From a bacterium (GTDB lineage Bacteria; Patescibacteriota; Dojkabacteria; JAOAGR01; JBAXGO01): DNA of 64,000 nucleotides. The DNA lies in the NCBI GenBank assembly GCA_037139335.1, contig JBAXGO010000002.1, positions 851 through 64,850 of the forward strand, written 5' to 3'. The position numbers were made by a program, and so were the translations under genes. Under the pieces are notes generated by a model that was not told where the DNA came from, made no database searches, and worked only from the letters and a program-made list of their open reading frames with translations. Shown here piece by piece: positions 8,919 to 16,546 of the stretch; position 1 is the first letter of the stretch; each line of letters begins with the position of its first letter.

Positions 8919-9538
8919 CAATAAATACGTACAAATCAAAAGTATTACCAATTTTTGCATTTTTTATAGCAATATCAGGAATTGGTGCATACTTTTCACA
9001 ATTTTTATCTCCTAACACTCAACGTATAGCATTAATATCTTGGATATTCATTGTTGTTTTATCACTCATTGTTAGAGTCTTTTTAAAAAAGTTATCAGGA
9101 ATAATTTGTACAGTTTTAGTAGTTTTGACTGGAATCATCCTAGGTCCTGGTATAAACTATATTGCAAATACTTTAGGCGGAGAAATGCTAATAGCTCAGG
9201 CATTGGGAATAACTGCTTTGGCATTCATAGTACTATCAGTCGTAGCTATAAGATCTGGGGATCAATACTTAAGCTGGGGAAAATATTTATTCTTTTCATT
9301 AATTATCGCGATCCTTGCCTCTATTGTTAATGTATTTATTCTTTCCAATATGCTTCAGGCTATAATAAGTACAGTAATTCTGGTAATATTCCTTGGCTTC
9401 GTTTTGTATGATACACAGAATATATTGAAAAATTATTCTGATGACGATTATTTTAATGCGGCTACGACGTTATATTTTGACTTTGTAAATATATTTATAT
9501 ATGTGTTGGATTTTTTAGATAGTATAAGAGGAAGATAA
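8915..9538 (+). CDS. Bax-inhibitor-1/YccA-family membrane protein
   Basis: 207 aa with 7 predicted TM helices. C-terminal LYFDFVNIFIYVLDFL matches the BI-1 family C-terminal signature. Confidence 0.75.
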   Translation: MTINTYKSKVLPIFAFFIAISGIGAYFSQFLSPNTQRIALISWIFIVVLSLIVRVFLKKLSGIICTVLVVLTGIILGPGINYIANTLGGEMLIAQALGITALAFIVLSVVAIRSGDQYLSWGKYLFFSLIIAILASIVNVFILSNMLQAIISTVILVIFLGFVLYDTQNILKNYSDDDYFNAATTLYFDFVNIFIYVLDFLDSIRGR

Positions 9539-9540
9539 TT

Positions 9541-10332
9541 ATGATAATATGCTTTTCAAATCAAAAAGGTGGTGTAGGCAAGACGACAACAGCCTTGAAT
9601 GTTGGCTCTATCATTGCTACTTTGGGTTATAAGGTTCTTTTGATAGATATGGATCCACAAGGAAATCTAACTTCTGGGCTTGGTCACTATACTTCTGCAG
9701 ATGAGAATACATTGACGATTTACGACATTTTAATAAATGATAAAAGTGCTGAATCTGTCTATATAACAACAGATATTAAAAATTTATTTCTAATACCATC
9801 AAATATTGAGCTTGCTGGTGCAGAAATTGAGCTCGTATCAAAATTCTCAAGAGAACAAATTTTGAAAAATACAATAAATAGTATTAAAGATCAGTTTGAT
9901 TATATTTTGATTGATTGTCCTCCATCATTAGGACTAATTACGATAAATGCACTAACTGCAGCAGATATGGTATATATTCCAGTCCAATGTGAATATTATG
10001 CACTAGAGGGGATTACACAGCTGACTAATACCATAAATTTAGTTAAAAAAGGATTAAATAAAGATCTAGAAATTGGTGGTGTAATATTAACAATGTTTGA
10101 TGCGAGAACTAAATTATCATCAGACGTGGTAGGAGAAGTAAAAAGAGTTTTTGGGCAAAAAGTATTCGACACTGTAATCCCAAGAAGTGTAAGATTATCT
10201 GAAGCTCCCTCATATGGCAAACCCATAAATATGTATGAAAATGCGTCAAAAGGAGCTAAATCCTATGATGCACTAGCAAAAGAAATTGTAAAAAGACATC
10301 CCGCAAAAGCATCAAAAAAATCAAAAAAGTGA
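9541..10332 (+). CDS. parA: ParA/Soj-family partition ATPase with Lys-rich C-terminal tail; no ParB follows
   Basis: Deviant Walker A KGGVGKTT, LIDMDPQGNLT and LIDCPPSLG motifs. C-terminal tail KRHPAKASKKSKK. Confidence 0.85.
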   Translation: MIICFSNQKGGVGKTTTALNVGSIIATLGYKVLLIDMDPQGNLTSGLGHYTSADENTLTIYDILINDKSAESVYITTDIKNLFLIPSNIELAGAEIELVSKFSREQILKNTINSIKDQFDYILIDCPPSLGLITINALTAADMVYIPVQCEYYALEGITQLTNTINLVKKGLNKDLEIGGVILTMFDARTKLSSDVVGEVKRVFGQKVFDTVIPRSVRLSEAPSYGKPINMYENASKGAKSYDALAKEIVKRHPAKASKKSKK

Positions 10333-10356
10333 TAAAATTTATTATATATAAATAAT

Positions 10357-11088
10357 ATGCCGGCAAAAAAAAACATAACAATCACAACTAATCAGCCCGT
10401 ACCTCCATCCGTAATGACTGAAACAACAGTAATAAAGAAAAAGAAAGGCTGGTTAAGACACCCAATTAGGAATACAACGGGATGCTTGATATCCCTACTA
10501 GGTCTTGGAGTAATTGTTTTTTTCGTCACATCACTAATATTTATGGGATTATGGATTAGAACGTGGTCTGTATTCACACAAGAAAGGACGGTAGGATATG
10601 TAACAGTAAGTGCATTGAAAGTAGATTCTTCTGGAAACAAGACATTTTCTCTAACTTATGAAGGGTTAGATCAGGAAGCTGCTTTTGGGCGTTTCTTTCC
10701 TTGGGGAGATAAACAGATTAAGAAAGAGAAATTTACCGTAGATAATTTACAAGGCGACTCTTTCCGAGTTTACACGTCTTTTTTCAAATGGAAGGATTGG
10801 TTAACATTTTTGGGAACACCACCGCTGTATAAAATATCGTCTATCAGAAGCGATTATTATTATTCAAACGAATTTAACCAAAATAACAGTAACTTACGAG
10901 CAATTGCAGTAAATGGAGGAGAGGATGAATTTTGGAGATCTGTAATGGAAGGTAAAAGTTTCTGGAATTTCGGAGCTAATGCAACCTACATTTCAAGCCC
11001 TGGTCAATTAGTAACAAACAAAGATAAAAAATTCGCGATTGTAGTCACAGAAGATTCCATGATTTTACAAGAAGTCCCAAACGTATAA
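10357..11088 (+). CDS. Hypothetical single-TM membrane protein (not ParB)
   Basis: 243 aa with one TM (LISLLGLGVIVFFVTSLIFMGLWI). No HTH or ParB motifs. An A9 homopolymer sits at codons 3-5. Confidence 0.5.
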   Translation: MPAKKNITITTNQPVPPSVMTETTVIKKKKGWLRHPIRNTTGCLISLLGLGVIVFFVTSLIFMGLWIRTWSVFTQERTVGYVTVSALKVDSSGNKTFSLTYEGLDQEAAFGRFFPWGDKQIKKEKFTVDNLQGDSFRVYTSFFKWKDWLTFLGTPPLYKISSIRSDYYYSNEFNQNNSNLRAIAVNGGEDEFWRSVMEGKSFWNFGANATYISSPGQLVTNKDKKFAIVVTEDSMILQEVPNV

Positions 11089-11259
11089 AATTGGTGTACA
11101 TACATATAAAAAGGTAGGCATCATCAATTTTGCCTAGTCATCTTAATATTTGCTTTTTACTCATCATATATAATATAATGTTGTGAATTGGTATCCACGG
11201 AGACTTTAGATTCCCTGAAGCTACCTATTTAAGATAATTAATTTATTTAGTCGAAACAG

Positions 11260-11532
11260 ATGGAAGAAAACAGATCAAGATTATTTGTAGGTGGTGTCGC
11301 ATGGGCATCAACAGAAGATTCACTTCGTGACGCATTCTCAGCAGCAGGTACAGTAGTATCCGTTAGAATCATCAAAGATAAAAGAACCGGTAAATCAAAA
11401 GGTTACGCATTTGTAGAAATGTCAACACCTGACGAAGCACAAAAGGCAATTGAACTCTTTAATGGTCAACAGATTGACGGCAGAGTAGTTACAGTAAATG
11501 TAGCTAGACCAATGGAACAAAGAAGTTTCTAA
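11260..11532 (+). CDS. RRM-type RNA-binding protein
   Basis: 90 aa. RNP2 LFVGGV and RNP1 KGYAFVEM are present. Confidence 0.85.
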   Translation: MEENRSRLFVGGVAWASTEDSLRDAFSAAGTVVSVRIIKDKRTGKSKGYAFVEMSTPDEAQKAIELFNGQQIDGRVVTVNVARPMEQRSF

Positions 11533-11551
11533 ACCTCAAATCAAAAATTAA

Positions 11552-11579
11552 AAAGGAGCTGAAAGGCTCCTTTTTTTTT
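11552..11579 (+). terminator. Intrinsic terminator after the RRM gene
   Basis: GGAGC-TGAAAG-GCTCC hairpin followed by T9. Confidence 0.7.
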
Positions 11580-11609
11580 CGTTGTTTTTTTCCGATTCTT
11601 AGAAGTAAA

Positions 11610-12345
11610 GTTAAAAATTTGTCACCCTGAGTACTTCGGCAAGCTCAGTATATGCTTTATTGAAAGGAATTCCCCCTAATGTCATTCCTGCGAAAGCAGG
11701 AATCCATGTAATCTCTTATCACTTTCTATGTCATGCCGCACTTCCTTTCTATGTCATCCCGAATGAAATGAGGGATCTCGTCGGATTAAAGCTTAGCAAC
11801 ATATCGTCTTATTAATTAACGAGATTTCTCACTAACGTTCGAAATGACATAGATCTTCGAAGAGCACACCACAGGCTCATCCCCTTAATCTGTCATTCCT
11901 GCGAAAGCAGGAATCCATGCATTCTTGTTGTCACCCTGAGCTTGTCGAAGGGAGACTGTCGGAAAATTTCAAAACAAAGAACGGAATGAACACACCCCGC
12001 CTCTTCTTTCGCTAAAGCTACAGAAGACAAGTTCGGCACCCCTCTTCCCAGAGGGGAATTTTAAAAATGAAACAAAAAAATATGTCACCCTGAGCTTGTC
12101 GAAGGGCGACTGTAGGATTTTTTCCCTCCTTACCGAGGAGGAAACCAAGGGGGGCAAACCCCTAAACTGACCTCACTGCCTCGCTTTGCTCAGCACCTCT
12201 CCTTTCGAAGGAGAGGATTGGGGAATGAATACAATAACCTCTCTTTCCCGCAAGCGGGACATCTCCCCTTTTGTAAAAGGAGAGAATAATAAGAGCTCAC
12301 CACAGAATCCTCCAACGGTAAGGGATTTTTAGAAGACAAGTTAGG
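11610..12345. repeat. GC-enriched ORF-free island of related short hairpin/direct repeats (REP/MITE-like or structured RNA)
   Basis: A 28-mer GTCATTCCTGCGAAAGCAGGAATCCATG (8-bp stem plus GAAA loop) occurs identically at 11681-11708 and 11892-11919. GTCACCCTGAGCTTGTCGAAGGG(A/C)GACTGT occurs at 11930 and 12084, with a variant at 11622. AGAAGACAAGTT(C/A)GGCA occurs at 12022 and 12331. Multiple further GC hairpins are present. Confidence 0.5.
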
Positions 12346-12586
12346 CAACCTTCTTTACAACCATAGATTTAATAAAATGTACTATTTGTAAAAGTACTAA
12401 TGGGAAAAGTATAACTGCATTGATGAATCCAGCGATAAAGACAAGATATAAGTATTCATCACCATTACAGAATTCCGAACATATAGGTCTATTAACACTA
12501 ATAATGGAAAAAACAATAATCAAAACGATAAGTGTGAACGTTAGAATTATAGTTAAAATATTTATAACTTTATCAATTTTTTTCAT
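12341..12586 (-). CDS. Small two-TM membrane protein
   Basis: 81 aa with two hydrophobic helices. Confidence 0.4.
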   Translation of the reverse strand: MKKIDKVINILTIILTFTLIVLIIVFSIISVNRPICSEFCNGDEYLYLVFIAGFINAVILFPLVLLQIVHFIKSMVVKKVA

Positions 12587-12605
12587 TTTACAATAATTAA
12601 TTCAC

Positions 12606-13505
12606 TTATAATAACATTCTCTCCACATATGGCCTATATTTCAATATATCATTTCCAATAAGGACTATTTTGTTTTTTTGTGGTAGTAATTTATCAGTTT
12701 CTTTAAAAGATACCTTACCTGCAACTGAATTTAAAATATACTTATGATCAGAAATATCAGTAAAGAAGCCTTTACTTCTATATATGTTTTTTGGAAGATT
12801 TTCTAATTTATTTTGTAATTCTTGAATATTTAAAACTTCGTAATTTTCTATCGAAAAAGATTGATATTCATATATTTCATGTTCATAATTTTCTACTACA
12901 TTTAATTCAGAATCTATAAAACTATCGTGTAAACCTATTATTACACTTGCTGGAATATTAGCATCACTTGTTTCAATGATTCTAGCTGTTGGATAAATAC
13001 CTAAAATATCATCTTTTATCAAATCAATTGTTTCCTCATCTGATTGATCTACTTTATTAATTATATATAAATCTACAAAGCTAGCTTGACTTTGAGCAGC
13101 CCAGGACTTCTCAATTTCTTTTAATTTTTTGAAATTCAGAGCATCAATGACAACTATAGCGCCATCGATATAAACATTTTTTACCAATTCTAATGATATT
13201 ATTATTTGTGCTGGTTTAGCTAATCCAGAAGCCTCGATAAAGATTCTGTCTGGTTTGTAATCTTGAATAATTTTATCTAACGCTTCGTTCAAAGCCCCCA
13301 CTAATGTACAGCAAATACAACCATTAGCTAGCTCTGTAACTGTTAATTTGGGACTTGAAAGTTCCAAGGCATCTACACCTACATCCCCAATTTCATTTTT
13401 AATAATTGCAACTTTCTCTTTATCCCAAATGCTTTTTACAGCATTTTGAATCAAAGTAGTTTTACCACTTCCCAGAAAACCAGTAATAATTGTTACGGGA
13501 ATCAT
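12606..13505 (-). CDS. CobW/COG0523-family G3E P-loop GTPase (metallochaperone-like)
   Basis: GFLGSGKTT P-loop and the GCICCT (CxCC) metal-binding motif are present. Confidence 0.8.
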   Translation of the reverse strand: MIPVTIITGFLGSGKTTLIQNAVKSIWDKEKVAIIKNEIGDVGVDALELSSPKLTVTELANGCICCTLVGALNEALDKIIQDYKPDRIFIEASGLAKPAQIIISLELVKNVYIDGAIVVIDALNFKKLKEIEKSWAAQSQASFVDLYIINKVDQSDEETIDLIKDDILGIYPTARIIETSDANIPASVIIGLHDSFIDSELNVVENYEHEIYEYQSFSIENYEVLNIQELQNKLENLPKNIYRSKGFFTDISDHKYILNSVAGKVSFKETDKLLPQKNKIVLIGNDILKYRPYVERMLL

Positions 13506-13561
13506 ATTTTATCTTTCAGTTAACAATGGTTATAATATCATTATTCGGTGATTATAAATAT

Positions 13562-14158
13562 ATGGAGAAAAAAGAAGTATTAGCTATTTTCGATTTTGAT
13601 AAAACAATTACAGTTAAAGATTCGCTAATTGATTTCACAATATACAGCTTTGGTCTATTTACATTTATGAAAGGGATTGTATTATTAATTCCGATTTTAA
13701 TAAAGTGGAAACTCGGCTTAACAAGCAATAATATTGTTAAAGAGAAATACTTTACTTTATTTTTCAAAAATATCGAAAATGATAAGTTTAATAATATGTG
13801 CAAAAGATACTGCGAGAAAAAACTTACTAAAATATTGAATAAAGATGCAATTGAAAAGATCAAATGGCATAAAGAGATGCAACATCATTTAATAATAATC
13901 AGTGCATCTATGGAAAATTGGATTTCGCCATGGGCGGAAAGAAATGGTTTTGAAAAAGTTATTGGAACAATCCCTGAAATCGCTAATGATAAACTAACTG
14001 GTTTGTTTATAGGAAAAAACTGCTATGGAGTAGAGAAGTATGATAGATTGAAGAAACTATACGATATAAATAATTATAAAATATATGTTTATACTGACAG
14101 TATGAGTGATAGACCTATCATGGATTTAGCTGAAAAAAAATATTACAGAAATTTTTAA
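13562..14158 (+). CDS. HAD-superfamily (IB-like) hydrolase
   Basis: Motif I FDFDKTIT and motif IV YTDSMSDRP are present. Start moved to the MEKKEV ATG (13562) to avoid a divergent overlap with the CobW start. Confidence 0.6.
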   Translation: MEKKEVLAIFDFDKTITVKDSLIDFTIYSFGLFTFMKGIVLLIPILIKWKLGLTSNNIVKEKYFTLFFKNIENDKFNNMCKRYCEKKLTKILNKDAIEKIKWHKEMQHHLIIISASMENWISPWAERNGFEKVIGTIPEIANDKLTGLFIGKNCYGVEKYDRLKKLYDINNYKIYVYTDSMSDRPIMDLAEKKYYRNF

Positions 14159-14162
14159 TTTC

Positions 14163-15008
14163 CTATCTAACATAAACTAGAAAAGCGCTATACGAAACAA
14201 ACAATACTACCATTGCAAAAAGCTGCTTATCCGAAAAAAACATAAATTCAGGTTTTTCACCTTTTGATTCTGTTTCAACGATATAATAATATCTAAATAA
14301 TATAAGCGTAAACAACACAATCGAAGGCATATGTAATAAGCCTAAATTTATTGAATAAGTAGTAAATGCAGTAATTGTAATCCCAAGACTAATTAATAAT
14401 AATGAATGTAGAAATTCTGGTGTATACTTTTTTAAAACAAATCTAGTTTGATTATTTCTAATTTCACAATATCTCTTGGAAATAATTAATATTAACGATC
14501 CAAAAAAAACCGTTGTAAAAAGCCACCCAGAGACTGAAATATCTGTTGCAGCAGATCCACTATATAAGCGAAATAAATACATTCCAGAAACGAATATAAT
14601 GTCCCAAAGCGCTATTTTTTTCAAATAAAACGTATATAACAAATTTGTTATTAAATACGCAATAAGTATTAAAACGATTTTGTAATTATAAACATATACA
14701 CTTAGTAAAGCATCAGAAATAAAAAAGAATAAAATAAGTAAATACGCTTCCATATTGCTTATTTGACCTGATGCTAGTGGACGATTTTTCTTTGATGGAT
14801 GTTGTCGGTCTTCTTCGACATCTTTTATATCATTTATTAAGTAAACAATACTAGCTGTAAAAGAGAATAAAATAAAAACTAAACTAGATATAAATAAATT
14901 TTGTGAAGTAAAAATTGCTCCTCCAAAAAATATAGGAAAAAAGATTATCAAATTTTTTATCCAATGATGGACTCTAATTTCTTCAATTATACTAAATGTT
15001 TTATTCAT
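14163..15008 (-). CDS. UbiA-family prenyltransferase, decaprenyl-phosphate phosphoribosyltransferase (DPPR synthase)-like
   Basis: N-terminal HWIKNLIIFFP, Asp-rich motif NDIKDVEEDRQHPSKKNRPLASG and ~8 TM helices are present. Confidence 0.55.
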   Translation of the reverse strand: MNKTFSIIEEIRVHHWIKNLIIFFPIFFGGAIFTSQNLFISSLVFILFSFTASIVYLINDIKDVEEDRQHPSKKNRPLASGQISNMEAYLLILFFFISDALLSVYVYNYKIVLILIAYLITNLLYTFYLKKIALWDIIFVSGMYLFRLYSGSAATDISVSGWLFTTVFFGSLILIISKRYCEIRNNQTRFVLKKYTPEFLHSLLLISLGITITAFTTYSINLGLLHMPSIVLFTLILFRYYYIVETESKGEKPEFMFFSDKQLFAMVVLFVSYSAFLVYVR

Positions 15009-16101
15009 AATTTTTAAATAACTTTCCCCATCTATTTTTCTTAATCCATGTTTTATAAATCTTATTATACTTTCTAGGCCACATTATTTTATCGTGATAA
15101 ATTTCTGACGCAAATATAAATAGTTTAACTAGAGGTGTTCGGAAAAATAATTTTTGGGTACTTTTCAATGGTCCAAACCAAAACATATCTCCACCAACAC
15201 GTTTTACTAAATTTTTGCCAACCTCAAAATGCCAATTTTCTTTCATAACATCAATATCTCCAACAATTTCAATTTCATCCATAATTCCTGTACCTAAACC
15301 GAGTTCCGTACCAAGTTGAATATATTTAATCCCCATAGGATCAAATCCCATAAGTTTAGCGGCAACTGCGTCTATCGCAACTTGATCAGATGATGCAAGA
15401 ATTATACCTTTGTCTTCCGGAGTCATGGTTCTAGGCCCAGGTCCATTACCTGCCATTGTTCCATCCATTACTGCAAAAAGACCAGGATGAATTTCCTTTT
15501 GAATAGCTAGCAAATCGATTATGGTTTCATGAATGAAGGAATGAGTATAGTGTCGTTTGGTACTTAATAATCCGCCAAATGCGTTCTTAATAGCACCTGT
15601 AGTAGTTGTATAAATGTGACATTTAACTGTTGGCAAATGAACTATATTTTTTCCAACAAAATAATCTGGTATACGTATACCTTCTGGAAATATTTTATCC
15701 AATACAAGCATCTTTGCTTTTGGTTTGTATATTATCCATTTCATATCTTCTTTTTCACCAATTTTGAAATTGAATAATACAGGAATTTTATATTTTTTAA
15801 ATATTGAAACATATTTATTAAGATCTTCACCAAGAAAGGCATCTGTAACAACAGTTTTGTTTTGAACAGCCACAATATCGTTAAAACCATTTTCATTCAA
15901 ACTCTGAATTGTCCCCTCTAACTGCCAAGGAGTCGTATTTGCAGCAGGCATTGGCATATGCCAAGATATATTGTCTTTTAAAATAGTAGTCTTTGTTTTA
16001 TCTAATGTTTCATTAACTCCTGCAAGGAGCAGTAGTTTTTTATAGTCAGCAAGGACTGTTTCCGGTTTAGTTCTCAATACTGCAACTTTTGATTTAACCA
16101 T
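15001..16101 (-). CDS. Hypothetical protein (DUF362-like)
   Basis: 366 aa soluble protein. The assignment is weak. Confidence 0.3.
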   Translation of the reverse strand: MVKSKVAVLRTKPETVLADYKKLLLLAGVNETLDKTKTTILKDNISWHMPMPAANTTPWQLEGTIQSLNENGFNDIVAVQNKTVVTDAFLGEDLNKYVSIFKKYKIPVLFNFKIGEKEDMKWIIYKPKAKMLVLDKIFPEGIRIPDYFVGKNIVHLPTVKCHIYTTTTGAIKNAFGGLLSTKRHYTHSFIHETIIDLLAIQKEIHPGLFAVMDGTMAGNGPGPRTMTPEDKGIILASSDQVAIDAVAAKLMGFDPMGIKYIQLGTELGLGTGIMDEIEIVGDIDVMKENWHFEVGKNLVKRVGGDMFWFGPLKSTQKLFFRTPLVKLFIFASEIYHDKIMWPRKYNKIYKTWIKKNRWGKLFKNYE

Positions 16102-16105
16102 AATA

Positions 16106-16546
16106 TTATTTATTATCTATTTTTTTGAATACAAAATATTTGTACATAACGAAGCTCCAAAACATCTGGAATGTCGTTGAAACTATTTTAGCAACTGGAG
16201 GAATTAAACCCAAATTTGAAAACATTCCATATAAGATTCCATTGAAGAATACAAGATTTATAGAATGTACAAATAAAAATTTCCATGCTTGATGCAGAAT
16301 ATTACCTTCTTTATGATTAAAAGACCATATTCTTTGTAAACCAAAATTAAATATAATACTAATAGATGCAGATATTATGTTTGCAGTTGAAAATAATCCA
16401 AAAAAGAATGGATTAAACTTCAATACATAAACTTGATAATTAAGAATTAAAAAATCTATTAAAACAGCTGTTGCTGATATGATAAAGAATCGTAAGAATT
16501 CATAAGTAAAAATAGTATTTTTTATTTTTATGGCTTTCTCCTTCAT
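16106..16546 (-). CDS. GtrA-family membrane protein (polyprenyl-P-sugar translocation associated)
   Basis: 146 aa with 4 TM. N-terminal LRFFIISATAVLIDFLILN is typical of GtrA. Confidence 0.6.
   Translation of the reverse strand: MKEKAIKIKNTIFTYEFLRFFIISATAVLIDFLILNYQVYVLKFNPFFFGLFSTANIISASISIIFNFGLQRIWSFNHKEGNILHQAWKFLFVHSINLVFFNGILYGMFSNLGLIPPVAKIVSTTFQMFWSFVMYKYFVFKKIDNK

Noticed and set aside
7749-10640. Antisense or alternative-frame ORFs (7749-7964, 8252-8446, 8382-8573, 8603-8788, 8818-9018, 9106-9330, 9996-10226, 10392-10640)
   Set aside because: Each overlaps a gene with recognisable domains (XRE, CYTH, BI-1, ParA). Their translations are Ile/Phe/Leu-rich nonsense typical of AT-rich shadow frames.
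10357-11088. Gene following parA as parB
   Set aside because: No HTH, no ParB N-terminal GERRxRA box, and it has a transmembrane helix. It is not a ParB homolog.
11610-12345. CRISPR array (GTCATTCCTGCGAAAGCAGGAATCCATG looks like a CRISPR repeat with a hairpin)
   Set aside because: Only two identical copies, about 211 bp apart. Other GTCA-family elements are divergent and irregularly spaced at 23 to 154 bp. No regular repeat-spacer periodicity and no cas genes are in the window. The region is better described as a cluster of REP/MITE-like hairpins or a structured RNA.
11581-12345. tmRNA, RNase P RNA or SRP RNA in the GC-rich ORF-free island
   Set aside because: I could not find the conserved cores: RNase P P4 GGAAAGUCCGGGCUCC, SRP domain IV GGAAGCAGCCAAGG, or a tmRNA tag-peptide reading frame with a GGUUCGAAUCC T-arm. 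This cannot be excluded without a covariance search.
13490-13561. Longer start (13490) for the HAD hydrolase
   Set aside because: It would overlap the divergently oriented CobW start by 16 nt. The conserved DxDxT motif begins right after the MEKKEV start at 13562.
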